This document shows, one piece after another, positions 63,165 through 64,000 of a DNA stretch of 64,000 nt (position 1 is the stretch's first letter; each line of letters starts with the position of its first letter). The DNA is from Mobula hypostoma (Eukaryota). The notes under the pieces were generated by a model. That model did no database searches. It had not been told where the DNA came from and saw nothing but the letters and a program-made list of their open reading frames with translations. The DNA is taken from contig NC_086108.1 in assembly GCF_963921235.1 (NCBI RefSeq), forward strand, positions 20,460,001 to 20,524,000, written 5' to 3'. The translations under genes were made by a program, and so were the position numbers.

Positions 63165-64000
63165 TAGGCAGCACAGAAACAGGCCCTTCAGCCTAATTTA
63201 CACCACCACCATTTTGGTGTCATCTGCAAATTTATTAACCATGCCATCTACATTCTCATCCAAATCGTTAATACATTATAAATGAAAAACAGTGAACGCA
63301 TTACCAATTCCTGTGGCACACTAGTAGTCACAAACCTCTATTCAGAAAAGGACCCTCCACTACCACCCACTGACTCAACACCAAAAAGCAATTTTGTATC
63401 CAATTGGCTAACATACCCTGAATCCCATATGATCTCAACTTCTGGGTTGGCCTACCATGGCAAGACCTTGTCCATTTAGTGATCTACTGCCCTGCCCACA
63501 TCATTCCTCTCACTCTTCTCTTCAAAAAGCTAAACTAAATTTATGAGACACAATTTTCAATGCACAAAGCCATGCAGACAATCCCTAACTGGTCCTTGCT
63601 CTTTCAAATACATAAAGATACTGTTTTAAAAAAAATCCTTTCCAGTAACTTACTCACTACTGATGTCAGGCTCACAGCCTTTAGATCCCTGGCTTGTCCT
63701 TGCAGCTCTTCTTAATAAAGGCACAATGTTAGCCACCCTCTAGTTTTTATCTCAGCTGTGGCTACCTATGATACAAATATCTCTGCCAGTGGCCCAATAA
63801 TTTCTTTTCTGGTTTTGCATAATATCTAAGGACACACCTGGTCAGGCTCAGGGGATTTATCCACCTTTATGCACTTTTAAGATTGCCAACACCTCCTCTT
63901 TTGAAATGTGGATTTTTTAAAAAAATCACCATTCTCTTCCATAATTTCCCTAGCTTCCATGGTTTCCACAGTAAATACAGACTTCATTTAAGACCTCATC
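63165..64000 (-). mobile_element. Old CR1 RT fragment; runs off the window end
   Basis: Reverse KFADDTK (tttggtgtcatctgcaaattt) and KSPEPD (tcaggctcaggggatttatc). Confidence 0.75.

Noticed and set aside
1..64000. Prokaryotic systems (CRISPR arrays, retrons, operons, DGRs) suggested by many RT ORFs
   Set aside because: All RTs are eukaryotic non-LTR or PLE types with stops and frameshifts. There is no repeat-spacer array or operon-like gene density.

Overview
This is eukaryotic (vertebrate) intronic or intergenic DNA dominated by layered transposable elements. The mix of CR1 LINEs, Rex/Babar-type LINEs, Penelope-like elements (PLEs) and a V-SINE suggests a cartilaginous fish such as a ray or shark (inference). 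Recognisable elements include several CR1 families, one of them a near full-length copy with a zinc-finger/esterase ORF1 and three nested insertions. There are also Rex/Babar LINEs, L1-like 3' ends, an internally deleted hAT, an internally deleted Tigger nested in a solo LTR, tRNA-derived SINEs and an RTE-derived element. No TE ORF is intact. Three signals stand out. (1) Minimal type I hammerhead ribozyme motifs occur in PLE terminal repeats, several arranged as TSD-flanked inverted or fold-back structures. (2) A possible 3' half of an HDV-like ribozyme lies at the head of the RTE-derived element. (3) Repeat-free islands carry + strand splice signals: a candidate terminal coding exon near 17.3-17.7 kb and a 39/49-nt exon plus a 15-nt microexon near 28.2-28.4 kb. 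No host gene could be named. Boundaries of degraded repeats are approximate.
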